DNA of 64,000 nucleotides. Source: Candidatus Fervidifonticultor sextus. Its GTDB lineage: Bacteria; Sysuimicrobiota; Sysuimicrobiia; Sysuimicrobiales; Humicultoraceae. Positions 1-8,530 of this stretch are shown here, piece by piece. The number at the start of each line of letters is the position of its first letter. Within the stretch, counting starts at the first letter, position 1. The notes beneath the pieces were generated by a model, which saw only the letters and a program-made list of their open reading frames with translations, searched no databases and was not told where the DNA came from. The stretch lies in NCBI GenBank assembly GCA_031459875.1, contig JAVKHQ010000017.1:1-64000 (forward strand), written 5' to 3'. A program made the translations under genes and the position numbers.

Positions 1-183
1 GACGCCCACGTCCAGATCTTCGGTGATGGTCGTGAAACCGGGATCGAGGAAGTTGGCGTCGGCTGACCGCACGAACACCAGTGTGCCCCCTGGCTGGCTT
101 GGAGCTGGCCAGCTTGGGCGCGTCAGAATGGCCACCGCGATCACAGCCACCAGTAGGGTGAGCACCCTCACTGCCTGCATCAT
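1..183 (-). CDS. ABC transporter substrate-binding protein, peptide/nickel family 5 (N-terminal part; runs off the window)
   Basis: Manual translation MMQAVRVLTLLVAVIAVAILTRPSWPAPSQPGGTLVFVRSADANFLDP shows a signal peptide plus the GGTL...LDP motif; GGGAGG SD upstream; ATGA overlap with the GntR stop. Confidence 0.75.
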   Translation of the reverse strand, partial: MMQAVRVLTLLVAVIAVAILTRPSWPAPSQPGGTLVFVRSADANFLDPGFTTITEDLDVGV

Positions 184-887
184 CGTGTCCCTCCCGTCAC
201 AGAGGTTTTTGACGCCGCGGATGCCCGCGTCGTTGCCAGATCCGTCTCTCGGCGCTCCAATTGTTCGATGAACATCCCGGCGGTCTCGCGTAGGTGCGCG
301 ACGGTCACGCTCCTGGCCCGGCGAGCGTCGCGTCGCCGGCACGCCTCCAGGATCTCTTGGTGGCGCTCCATGGAGAGGGGGATGTTGCGCTCCAGGGTGA
401 TGTACAGCCGGACGTAGCGCTCCATGTGCTGACGCAGGTGTTCGATCAACTGCACGAGCCGGTCGTAGCCTGATGCGCGGTAGATCGTCATGTGAAAGCG
501 TCGATCCGCTGGGATCCAGCGCGACGGATCGCGGGTACTCTCGCGCATTTCGTCCATCAGCGTCCGCAGCCGCCGGTCGTCATCGTCCGTCAGGCGCCGG
601 ACGCCCAGGGAGGCCGCTTCGCCCTCCAGGAGCTGACGCATCAGGAAGATCTCGCGGATCTCCTGGACCGACAGTTCGGAGACCGTCGCACCGCGGTACG
701 AGTGGGCGACCACAAGCCCCTCGGCGCTGAGTTGCCGCAACGCTTCGCGTACGGGCATCGGGCTGACCCCGAACTGCGCTGCCAGGTCCTCAATGATCAG
801 CCGAGACCCCGGCGCCAGCTGGCCCGTGACGATTCGTTCCCGCAGGTCCCGGGCGATGGACTCCTGGATCGTCAGGAATCTGGCCAT
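180..887 (-). CDS. GntR (FCD/FadR subfamily) transcriptional regulator
   Basis: wHTH LRERIVTGQLAPGSRL...LAAQFGVSPMPVREAL and FCD DRRFH; start re-assigned to MARFLT at 887. Confidence 0.92.
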   Translation of the reverse strand: MARFLTIQESIARDLRERIVTGQLAPGSRLIIEDLAAQFGVSPMPVREALRQLSAEGLVVAHSYRGATVSELSVQEIREIFLMRQLLEGEAASLGVRRLTDDDDRRLRTLMDEMRESTRDPSRWIPADRRFHMTIYRASGYDRLVQLIEHLRQHMERYVRLYITLERNIPLSMERHQEILEACRRRDARRARSVTVAHLRETAGMFIEQLERRETDLATTRASAASKTSVTGGTR

Positions 888-888
888 C

Positions 889-1695
889 CTAGTACTGCGG
901 CACGTCAGGGATGAAACTCTTCCGTTCGCCGGCGTGAAGATCCCGGAATTCGCGTGCCACTTCCACGAGCCTGGCCGCGGCCGCTTCAACGATCTTCATG
1001 CCCTTCTGGGCCGTCGCCAGCGTGGGGTCGCCGCCGATCCCGGTCTCAGTCTGGGTACTCCGCCAGTCTGTAAACCTGACCGGTGAGGCGCCCATCAGAT
1101 CCTCCCAGAAGTACTTCGTCTGCGCCCGGATGCCTGGGACGATCCGGTCGCGTTTCACATGCTCTGGATCCAGCGCGAGGTAGACGGAGGTTTCGAATTC
1201 GCACGCATGACTGGTCCCCCCGGGGAACGGCGACTCGCGGATCGCGCTGAACTCCTCAACGATGAGCGCCCAATAGGAGACCGAGGCGACCTTGGCCGGG
1301 CTCTGCAGCGTGGCCAGGCGAGCGGCCTGCTCCAGGAGGTGGGCGTTGCTCCCGTGCCCATTGACCAGGAGCACCCGGCGGAACCCCATGCGGCCGAAGC
1401 TCTTGGCCACATCGGTACAGTAGTGGACGAAGTGGTCAGGGTCCACGGTGACGGTGCCGGGGAAGTCCATGTTGTGCTCGTTGAACCCGTAGTGGATGGG
1501 AGGCGCGCAGAGCAGCAGGTCAGGCGCGGCGGCCGCGGCCCGCTCGCAGACCGCGGTGACCGAGAGGTTGTCGGTGTCCACGGGCAGGTGGGGGCCGTGC
1601 TGCTCGATGGCCCCCACGGGGACGAGCACCACACGGCGGGCCAGGGCAGCCTCCCTGACGTCCTCCCACGTCATCTTGGCCAGAGAATGACTCAT
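889..1695 (-). CDS. Creatininase/creatinine amidohydrolase family protein
   Basis: PVGAIEQHGPHLPVDTD, NGHGSN and HACEFETS motifs. Confidence 0.92.
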   Translation of the reverse strand: MSHSLAKMTWEDVREAALARRVVLVPVGAIEQHGPHLPVDTDNLSVTAVCERAAAAAPDLLLCAPPIHYGFNEHNMDFPGTVTVDPDHFVHYCTDVAKSFGRMGFRRVLLVNGHGSNAHLLEQAARLATLQSPAKVASVSYWALIVEEFSAIRESPFPGGTSHACEFETSVYLALDPEHVKRDRIVPGIRAQTKYFWEDLMGASPVRFTDWRSTQTETGIGGDPTLATAQKGMKIVEAAAARLVEVAREFRDLHAGERKSFIPDVPQY

Positions 1696-1703
1696 GAAGG
1701 CAC

Positions 1704-1726
1704 ATTATGATATTTGATCAGATATC
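1704..1726 (-). promoter_or_regulatory. -10 box (CATAAT) with overlapping 18-bp palindrome GATATTTGATCAGATATC, candidate GntR operator
   Basis: 16/18 self-complementary at 1709-1726; CATAAT on the minus strand lies 8 nt before ATG 1695. Confidence 0.6.
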
Positions 1727-1805
1727 GCACCTGTGACTTCGCCGCTGAGGGCGCGATTTCCTCCCGCAGTACAATTGGCGCCCATCGAGTCCGTCGAAGG
1801 CCGTC

Positions 1806-2060
1806 TCAAGAGGTCCGAAGGAACTGGCGAAAGGTCAGGGGAGTCACCTGAGCGGTCGCACTCACGAACCTGGTCAGCCACCAGCGGTACGTGGACAGGG
1901 TCGCCTGTGTGCACCCGGCCACCTGTTTGGTCAGCAGAAACGCCTCGACGGCATCAGAGAGGGGGTGAACGTTGGCTTTTTCGGCCCGTTTTGCAGGGGC
2001 CCAAACGGCTGAAACGCCGTCCTGATGCGGGTTGGCGCGCCCGGCGGGACTTGAACCCAC
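1806..2060 (-). pseudogene. Tyrosine integrase N-terminal (SAM-like) remnant abutting tRNA-Arg
   Basis: LSDAVEAFLLTKQVAGCTQATLSTYRWWLTRF...FRQFL then stop; no catalytic domain; frame is open back into the tRNA 3' half. Confidence 0.65.
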
Positions 2061-2108
2061 GACCTTTGGCTCCGCAGGCCAACGCTCTATCCGCTGAGCT
2101 ACGGGCGC
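2033..2108 (-). tRNA. tRNA-Arg, anticodon GCG
   Basis: 76-nt cloverleaf GCGCCCG...TTGGC-CT GCG GA-GCCAA...GGTTCAAGTCC...CGGGCGC-G-CCA. Confidence 0.96.
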
Positions 2109-2155
2109 GCAAGTGCGGCGGATCACCGGCACCGGCCGGCGCAACCGCGCCCTTC

Positions 2156-2164
2156 ATTGTAACA
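2156..2164 (-). promoter_or_regulatory. Extended -10 (TG-T-TACAAT) for tRNA-Arg
   Basis: TGTTACAAT on the minus strand about 47 nt upstream of the tRNA 5' end. Confidence 0.55.
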
Positions 2165-2277
2165 ACTCCCAGCCGCCCCTGCCAGCGGACCGCAGCCCGG
2201 CCCAGCGAACTCGCGGGTCAAAGCTCCTCATCCCCGGCCAGTCCAGCCCGGCCCCGCGGCCGGCGGACGGGCGTCCG

Positions 2278-3876
2278 TCAGCCCCTGCGCTGCTGGTGGA
2301 GGTGCAGGATCTTCCCCGACGCGGTGGCCTGCGGGGCCTGCCGCTCGACCCGGAGCAGGCGTGCGTCCCGCCACAGGAGGCCCATCAGGCGCTCCGGGCC
2401 CTGCCCTGCTCCGATCGCCGCCAGGAAGGTGCGGGCCACGTCGTCCGGGTCGAGGGGCCCGACCGACGGATGCACGAGCAGGCGGAGCAGCGGGCGTCCG
2501 TCGTCGGATTCCTCCTCGACGAGCTGGTAGTCCGCCGGGCCGCCTCCGAAGCGCGCCGGCAGCAGTTCCTCCAGCACGCGCACCACGTCTGCGTCTTGGA
2601 ACGTCATGCCGCCAGCCGTGAGCTTCTCGTGGCTGTGAATCGAGTGGATGTGGGTCGTCCACCCCACGGCCTCCAGCGGGCAGCCACAGGCCCGCGGGGC
2701 GACGACCGCCTGATCGCCGAGCGAGACGTTCAGGAGCACCAGGGAGGCAGTGGGACGCAACGACGTGACGAGGAAGGCCCCGGCGGGCAGGCTGCCGTCG
2801 TGCCCTCCTGCTTCGAGCGGGACCACTGCGTGGAGGTCGTGCAGCAGGTGGAGGTCGTCCGGCGTCTCCGGCGCCAGGCAGCCGTAGCCGATGTGACCGG
2901 ATTCCACCGTCGCATAGCGCGGCATCGCCTCGGCGCCGATTCGGCGGATCACGGACAGGCGGACCGACGTCGTGGGCTCGCCCCCGAGGGTGAAGCGCGC
3001 GCCGCGGAGGTCAATCGCCGCGGCAGCGGCGGCCTGCGCGAGCCGGACGGCCGCGCTGGAGAAGGTCGTGAGGTGGGGGGTCCTGCCGCTTTGCAGGACC
3101 TCCGCCATCCAGCGGGCGACCGGCAGCGGATCTTCGAGCGAGACGTACTGGGGCCGGGGCAGCGGGGCCCCGGCCAGGAGGCTGCTCCACCGGATCAGGT
3201 GGCCGCTCAACCGGTAGCGCGCGTGCAGTTCAGGCGACGCCGGATCCACCTGCGAGAACCAGCGCGCCGGTCGTGCGCCGCAGAAGCTCAATCGCAACAG
3301 GGTCTTGACGGCCGAGCCGCCGGGAACGCCCCAGAGCGCGTGCACCCACCCGCGGCCGCCCCACGCGTCGAGGGCGACGCTCAGATCTACGGCCTCGTCG
3401 CGCAGGCCCCCCAGGTCGATGCCGACCGCCGTGCGCGCGCCGCGGCTCCCGCTGGTCTGCGCCGTGAAGTGGACCGACGATCCCGGATTCCTCACCTGCT
3501 CGGGGCGCACGACAAACGTCGTGCTGCCCCGGACCACGGGCCGCCGGCCCTTGAACTCGTCGGCCGTGAGGAACACGCCAGCCCGGTAGAGGGTCCAAAG
3601 CGCCTGCTCGATCCCTTCTCGGCCCACCAGGGTGTGCAGGTCGGGGTACTCGCAGCCCGCCAGGCTCAGCAGCCGGCGGTACGGGCTGTCGGGGGGGGCG
3701 TAGACGGCCCGCCGCATCAGCGCCAGGAAATCGGCTTCCCGCTGCTCGAAGCGCCGGCGCAGGAGCTGGCGGGCTTCGTCGGCCGCCAGCGGGGACCGCA
3801 GGAAGCCTGGCAGGTGCCACAGCAGGTGCGCACCCACCTTGAGATCCTCCCACGAGACCGGGAAATCCGCCGCCAT
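2278..3876 (-). CDS. Uncharacterised PaaK/CapK-like (phenylacetate-CoA ligase-like) adenylate-forming protein
   Basis: TSGSRG P-loop, LGGEP, RYATVESG, VSLGD...CGCP motifs; start MAADFP at 3876. Confidence 0.6.
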   Translation of the reverse strand: MAADFPVSWEDLKVGAHLLWHLPGFLRSPLAADEARQLLRRRFEQREADFLALMRRAVYAPPDSPYRRLLSLAGCEYPDLHTLVGREGIEQALWTLYRAGVFLTADEFKGRRPVVRGSTTFVVRPEQVRNPGSSVHFTAQTSGSRGARTAVGIDLGGLRDEAVDLSVALDAWGGRGWVHALWGVPGGSAVKTLLRLSFCGARPARWFSQVDPASPELHARYRLSGHLIRWSSLLAGAPLPRPQYVSLEDPLPVARWMAEVLQSGRTPHLTTFSSAAVRLAQAAAAAAIDLRGARFTLGGEPTTSVRLSVIRRIGAEAMPRYATVESGHIGYGCLAPETPDDLHLLHDLHAVVPLEAGGHDGSLPAGAFLVTSLRPTASLVLLNVSLGDQAVVAPRACGCPLEAVGWTTHIHSIHSHEKLTAGGMTFQDADVVRVLEELLPARFGGGPADYQLVEEESDDGRPLLRLLVHPSVGPLDPDDVARTFLAAIGAGQGPERLMGLLWRDARLLRVERQAPQATASGKILHLHQQRRG

Positions 3877-4068
3877 AGCCGCTACGCCGCGATGGGATCG
3901 CCCTGCATGCAGAACACCTTGGCGATCTTCCCGCCGAGGAGGTTCGTGGAGAGGCCCGCAAGGCCGGGCGGGTCGTCGCGGCGGATTGCCAGGCGTGCCA
4001 CGGGTCTGCAGAAGGCTTCCTCCACGACGCGGAATAAGGGGGGTAGCAGGTTCTGCTGGAGGAGGCAC

Positions 4069-4163
4069 TGGCGGAGGAGGCGGGATTTGAACCCGCGAGA
4101 CGGGCTCATCACCCGTCCACCCGCTTAGCAGGCGGGCCGGTTACCGGGCTACCGTACTCCTCC
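4069..4163 (-). tRNA. tRNA-Ser, anticodon GCT
   Basis: 95-nt class II tRNA: GGAGGAG acceptor, CCCGC-CT GCT AA-GCGGG anticodon arm, long variable arm GACGGG/CCCGTC, TTCAAAT loop, G73-CCA. Confidence 0.92.
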
Positions 4164-4203
4164 ACATGCCCTGCCGCGGTCCACATGCCCTTGCCGCGAT
4201 CCA
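4161..4203. repeat. Imperfect tandem duplication (about 20 bp) in the tRNA-Ser 5' leader
   Basis: TCCACATGCCC-TGCCGCGG followed by TCCACATGCCCTTGCCGCGA then TCCA. Confidence 0.75.
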
Positions 4204-4305
4204 GGGCCACCCATCGGCGCACCGAACCGCGCGGTCTGGCGAGGCTAGCGTAGCATACGCCTCCCGCCGCCACAAGGCAGGCGGCGGTGCCGACGGTGTA
4301 GAATT

Positions 4306-4338
4306 TATAATGTGGACAGTATGTCCGCATAATGGACA
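4306..4338 (+). promoter_or_regulatory. TATAAT -10 with overlapping palindromes, candidate IclR operator
   Basis: ATGTGGACA-gta-TGTCCGCAT and TGTCC-GCATAAT-GGACA upstream of an operon ending in IclR. Confidence 0.65.
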
Positions 4339-4385
4339 AGAGGCACCTGGAGGTCTGGTAAGCCGACACCTCGGAGGTGAGGAGC

Positions 4386-5696
4386 ATGCTTAGACAGGGT
4401 GTGGTGGTTCCTATGCGGATCCTGGCCGTCAGTGCGGTGATGCTCACCGTCGGCCTGATCCCCCCCGCCTGGTCCGGGGAGGCGGTCACGCTGCGGTTCT
4501 CCAACTGGCACCTGGTGGAGACCGTCTGGGGAAGGTCGCTGCGCGAAGCCATCGCGATCTTCGAGAGTCAGAACCCGGGGATCCGGATCGCCCCCGAGCC
4601 GATCTCCTACGCCGAGAAAGAGCCGCGCTATCAGGCCGAGTGCGCGGCCAGGCGGATGCCCGACGTCGTGAAGCTGCACAACTTCTCGCTGACGATGTTC
4701 TTCGAACTGGGCTGCGCGGCCGACCTGACGCCCTTCGTCCAGAAAGAGGGGCCGGAGTTCCTCAAGACATGGTACGAGACGCCCATCAAGACCCTGACCT
4801 ACAAGGGCAAGCTCCTGGCGATGCCGGGAGACTTCATGTCCATGGTCCTGATCTACAACCGGGAGCTGTTCCGCGCCGCCGGGCTCGATCCGGGCAGGCC
4901 GCCCAGGAACTGGACCGAGTTCCTCGACTACGCCAGGCGGCTGACCCGCGACACCGACGGCGACGGCCGGATCGACCAGTGGGGATTCTCCATCCCGGCG
5001 TCCAAGAACCCCGGCCTGCCGCTGCGGATCGCGCCGGTGGTCTGGAGTTTCGGCGCCGATTTCCTCACGCCTGACGGCCGGCGCTCGGCCCTGGATACGC
5101 GGGAGTTCCGTGAAGCCTTCACCTACATCGTGGAGCTGGCCACGGTGCATCGGGTCGTCCCGCCAGGCGTCACCACCTTCGGCCCCGGTGACGTCCGCAC
5201 CCAGATGGCCCACCGTCGGGTGGCCATGAAGATGGGATCGGGCTGGTCGTATCCCATCATCAACGACATCAATCCGGCCCTGAAGGCGTACGATGCGCTG
5301 GAGGCCGCACCCGTGCCCGTGGGACGCAAGCAGGTCACGATGGCCTGGCTGTCGGGGTGGATCATGAGCCCCCACACCCGGCATCCTGAGGCCGCCTGGA
5401 AGTTCATCAAGTTCCTCACCAGCAAGGAGACCGAGAAGAAATTCTTCTTCGACAACCGGGTGATCTCGTCGCGCAAGGACGTCAACACGCTGCCGATGGT
5501 CCAGACCGACAAGTTCTCGAAGATGATCGTCTCGCAGCTCCAGTACGCGAGGCTGGAACCGCTCATCCCGGAGTGGCCCGAGATCTTCGACGCCTTCGCC
5601 ACCGCGCTGCAGGAGGCCATCACCGGGGCCAAGACACCTGACCGCGCCCTGGCCGACGCCCACGCGAGGGTCAACACCATTCTGGGGGCGCGGTGA
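4386..5696 (+). CDS. Carbohydrate ABC transporter substrate-binding protein (SBP family 1)
   Basis: Signal peptide, PDVV, LIYNRELFRAAGL..PP.NW.E; GGAGG SD before ATG 4386. Confidence 0.92.
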   Translation: MLRQGVVVPMRILAVSAVMLTVGLIPPAWSGEAVTLRFSNWHLVETVWGRSLREAIAIFESQNPGIRIAPEPISYAEKEPRYQAECAARRMPDVVKLHNFSLTMFFELGCAADLTPFVQKEGPEFLKTWYETPIKTLTYKGKLLAMPGDFMSMVLIYNRELFRAAGLDPGRPPRNWTEFLDYARRLTRDTDGDGRIDQWGFSIPASKNPGLPLRIAPVVWSFGADFLTPDGRRSALDTREFREAFTYIVELATVHRVVPPGVTTFGPGDVRTQMAHRRVAMKMGSGWSYPIINDINPALKAYDALEAAPVPVGRKQVTMAWLSGWIMSPHTRHPEAAWKFIKFLTSKETEKKFFFDNRVISSRKDVNTLPMVQTDKFSKMIVSQLQYARLEPLIPEWPEIFDAFATALQEAITGAKTPDRALADAHARVNTILGAR

Positions 5697-6622
5697 ACAC
5701 TGCGGGAGGCCGGCTCGGGCCGGCCTCCCACCTGTTCGGGGCGGCCAGGCGCATCGCGCGGATCCCCCGGCTGCGCGACCGCCATCTGGGGTACGTCTTC
5801 ATCGCGCCGACGATCCTGTTGCTGGTGGTCGTCCTGGCCTACCCCGCCTACCAGAGCGTCCGCTTGAGCCTGAGCCCCCGGGGCGGGATCGGGGGGCCGA
5901 CCCTCGCCCAGTACGTGGCGCTGGCGCAGTCCGACCTCTTCCGGCAGGTGATCTGGCAGACCGCGGTCTTCGTGGCCGCCAGCGTGGCGGCGCACGTGGT
6001 GCTGGGGCTCGCCATGGCCCTGGTGCTCAACCGGCCGCTGTGGGGCCGCACGGGCTTCCGGATCCTGGCCCTGCTGCCGTGGGTGGTCCCCGACGTGGTG
6101 GCCGGGATCATCTGGAAGTGGATCCTCAACCCCCTCTACGGCGTGCTCAACGACGCGCTGGTTCGCCTGGGGCTGGCCGCCAACCCGCTGGAGTGGCTGA
6201 CCAACCCGTCCCTGGTCCTGCCCAGCGTGATCCTGGCCAACGTGTGGCGGGGGTTCCCCTTCGTCATGATCATCTTCCTGGCCGGCCTGCAGAGCATCGC
6301 GACGGAACTGTACGAGGCCGCGGCCATCGACGGCGCGGGGTCGCTCCAGCGCTTTCGTCACGTGACCCTGCCGGGACTGCGCCGGGTCTTCATCGTGGCC
6401 CTGGCCCTGGACACGATCTGGGAGACCCGCCGGTTCGGCCTGGTCCAGGCCATGACCGGCGGCGGGCCGGGCACGCTCAGCGAGGTGCTCTCGACCCAGG
6501 TGTTCAAGCAGTACTTCCAGTTCTTCAAGTTCGAGTTCGCCTCGGCGATGGCCATCGCCATGACGGGGCTGCTGCTGGTCGTCTCGATCCCCTACGTCCG
6601 CATGATCGTCCGGGAGGAGTAG
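5693..6622 (+). CDS. Carbohydrate ABC transporter permease (MalF-like)
   Basis: EAA loop LYEAAAIDGA; 6 TM segments. Confidence 0.93.
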   Translation: MNTAGGRLGPASHLFGAARRIARIPRLRDRHLGYVFIAPTILLLVVVLAYPAYQSVRLSLSPRGGIGGPTLAQYVALAQSDLFRQVIWQTAVFVAASVAAHVVLGLAMALVLNRPLWGRTGFRILALLPWVVPDVVAGIIWKWILNPLYGVLNDALVRLGLAANPLEWLTNPSLVLPSVILANVWRGFPFVMIIFLAGLQSIATELYEAAAIDGAGSLQRFRHVTLPGLRRVFIVALALDTIWETRRFGLVQAMTGGGPGTLSEVLSTQVFKQYFQFFKFEFASAMAIAMTGLLLVVSIPYVRMIVREE

Positions 6623-6630
6623 CCACGGCG

Positions 6631-7479
6631 GTGGACCTGCCCGCCATCTACAGCCGCTCGCGCCCGGTGCTGGCGCTGGTCTACGTCTTCGCCGGCCTGG
6701 TGGGCGTCTTCGTCTTCTTCCCCTTCGTGTGGATGGTGCTGACCTCGCTGAAGACCGAAACCGAGGCCCTGCGGATCCCGGTGGTGTGGCTGCCCGACCG
6801 GCCGACGCTGGCCGCCTACGTCACCATGTGGCTGCGGAAGAACTACGCCACCTACTTCTTCAACAGCACGGTGGTCTCGCTGACCACGGCCGTGATCTCC
6901 ACGCTGCTGGGCGCCATGGCGGGCTACGGCTTCTCCCGCTTCGCCCTGGGCGGGCGCGGGTTCCTCATGGGGTTCGTGCTGACGACCCAGATGCTCCCGG
7001 GGGTCCTGGTGGTGGGGCCGTACTTCAGGATCCTCTCCGCCGTCGGCCTCTACGACACCCGCACCGGCCTCATCATCGCCTTCTTGACGATCTGCCTGCC
7101 GTTTGCCACCTGGATGCTGAAGGGATTCATCGACGGGGTGCCGAGAGAACTGGATGAGGCGGCCATGGTGGACGGGTGCAGCCGGTTTTGGATCTTCTTC
7201 GGGATCGTCCTGCCCCTGGTCCGGCCGGGCATGGTGGCCACCATGCTCTTCGCCTTCCTGCTGGCGTGGGGCGACCTGCTGTGGGTGGCGACCCTGACGC
7301 ACAGCGAGGGGATGGTCACGGTGACCCTGGCCATCGCCCGGACGGTGCTGGAGTTCTACGTGAACTGGCCGGAGATGATGGCCGGCGCACTCATGGGCGG
7401 GCTGCCCGGCATCGTGCTGTACCTGATGATGCAGCGGTGGCTGGTGGCGGGGCTGACGGCGGGGGCCATCAAGCAGTAG
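6631..7479 (+). CDS. Carbohydrate ABC transporter permease (MalG-like)
   Basis: ELDEAAMVDGCS, C-terminal GLTAGAIK; GTG start at 6631 within the long ORF. Confidence 0.92.
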   Translation: MDLPAIYSRSRPVLALVYVFAGLVGVFVFFPFVWMVLTSLKTETEALRIPVVWLPDRPTLAAYVTMWLRKNYATYFFNSTVVSLTTAVISTLLGAMAGYGFSRFALGGRGFLMGFVLTTQMLPGVLVVGPYFRILSAVGLYDTRTGLIIAFLTICLPFATWMLKGFIDGVPRELDEAAMVDGCSRFWIFFGIVLPLVRPGMVATMLFAFLLAWGDLLWVATLTHSEGMVTVTLAIARTVLEFYVNWPEMMAGALMGGLPGIVLYLMMQRWLVAGLTAGAIKQ

Positions 7480-7489
7480 GAGGCGGCCG

Positions 7490-8530
7490 ATGCGCGGCGT
7501 GATGAAGGTGGGTCGAGGGCCCGGCATGGTGGAACTCCGCGAGGTGCCCGATCCGCAGCCGGGGCCGGGCGAGGTCCTCATCGAGGTGGCCGGCGCCGCC
7601 ATCTGCGGCAGCGACCTGCACATCTACCACGACCGGCACCCCTACTGGCCGCCGGTCATCCTCGGGCACGAGTTCGCCGGGACCGTGCGGGCGGTCGGCG
7701 AGGGCGTCAGGGGGTACGCCCCTGGAGACCGGGTCGTGTCCGAGACCAGCACGGGGAGCTGTGGGGTCTGCTTCCTGTGCCGCAGCGGCAACCGCCAGAT
7801 CTGCCAGGACAAGCGCGCGCTGGGGATCGGGACCCACGGCGCCTTCGCGCCGTACGTGATCGCCCCCGCCTCACTGCTCCACCGGGTGCCCGACGGCCTG
7901 GCGCTGGCAGAAGCCGCGCTCGCCGAGCCGACGGCCATCGCCGTCCACGCCGTGGTCGAGCGCGTGGGGGTCTCCCCCGGCGAGATCGTGGTGATCAGCG
8001 GCCCCGGGCCCATCGGGCTCATGTGCCTGCAGGTCGCGCGGGCCGCGGGGGCCGGCCTGATCGTCGTCAGCGGCACGGCCTCAAGCGCCATGCTGCGGCT
8101 GCGGGTCGCGCGGGAGGTCGGCGCCGACGTCACCGTGAACATCGCCGAGGAAGACCTGGCCGACCGCGTCGCGGCGCTCACCGGCGGTCGCGGCGCCGAC
8201 GTGGCCTTCGAGACCTCGGGGGCGCCGGCGGCCGTCGAGGTGCTCCCCCGTCTGGTCCGGCGGCTGGGGCGGGTCGGCGTGCTGGGGGTGACCGGGCAGC
8301 CGGCGGTCCCATTCCCGTCCGATGTGGCCCTCTTCAAGGGGCTGGAGGTGCACTACTCGTTCAGCAGCAAGCACACGAGCTGGGTCACGGCGCTCCGCCT
8401 GCTGGCGTCCGGCCGGGTGCGGGCGCGGCCGCTGCTGACGACGGAGGTCCCGCTGGAACGGTGGCAGGAGGCATTCGAGGCGCAGGAACAGGGCAGAGCG
8501 ATCAAGGCCCTCTTGATCCCTTCCCGTTGA
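7490..8530 (+). CDS. Zinc-dependent alcohol/polyol dehydrogenase (MDR)
   Basis: ICGSDLH, GHEF, CGVCFLC...C structural Zn site, GPGPIG. Confidence 0.93.
   Translation: MRGVMKVGRGPGMVELREVPDPQPGPGEVLIEVAGAAICGSDLHIYHDRHPYWPPVILGHEFAGTVRAVGEGVRGYAPGDRVVSETSTGSCGVCFLCRSGNRQICQDKRALGIGTHGAFAPYVIAPASLLHRVPDGLALAEAALAEPTAIAVHAVVERVGVSPGEIVVISGPGPIGLMCLQVARAAGAGLIVVSGTASSAMLRLRVAREVGADVTVNIAEEDLADRVAALTGGRGADVAFETSGAPAAVEVLPRLVRRLGRVGVLGVTGQPAVPFPSDVALFKGLEVHYSFSSKHTSWVTALRLLASGRVRARPLLTTEVPLERWQEAFEAQEQGRAIKALLIPSR

Noticed and set aside
4069..4163. tRNA-Sec or allo-tRNA
   Set aside because: Anticodon is GCT and the fold is standard 7/5
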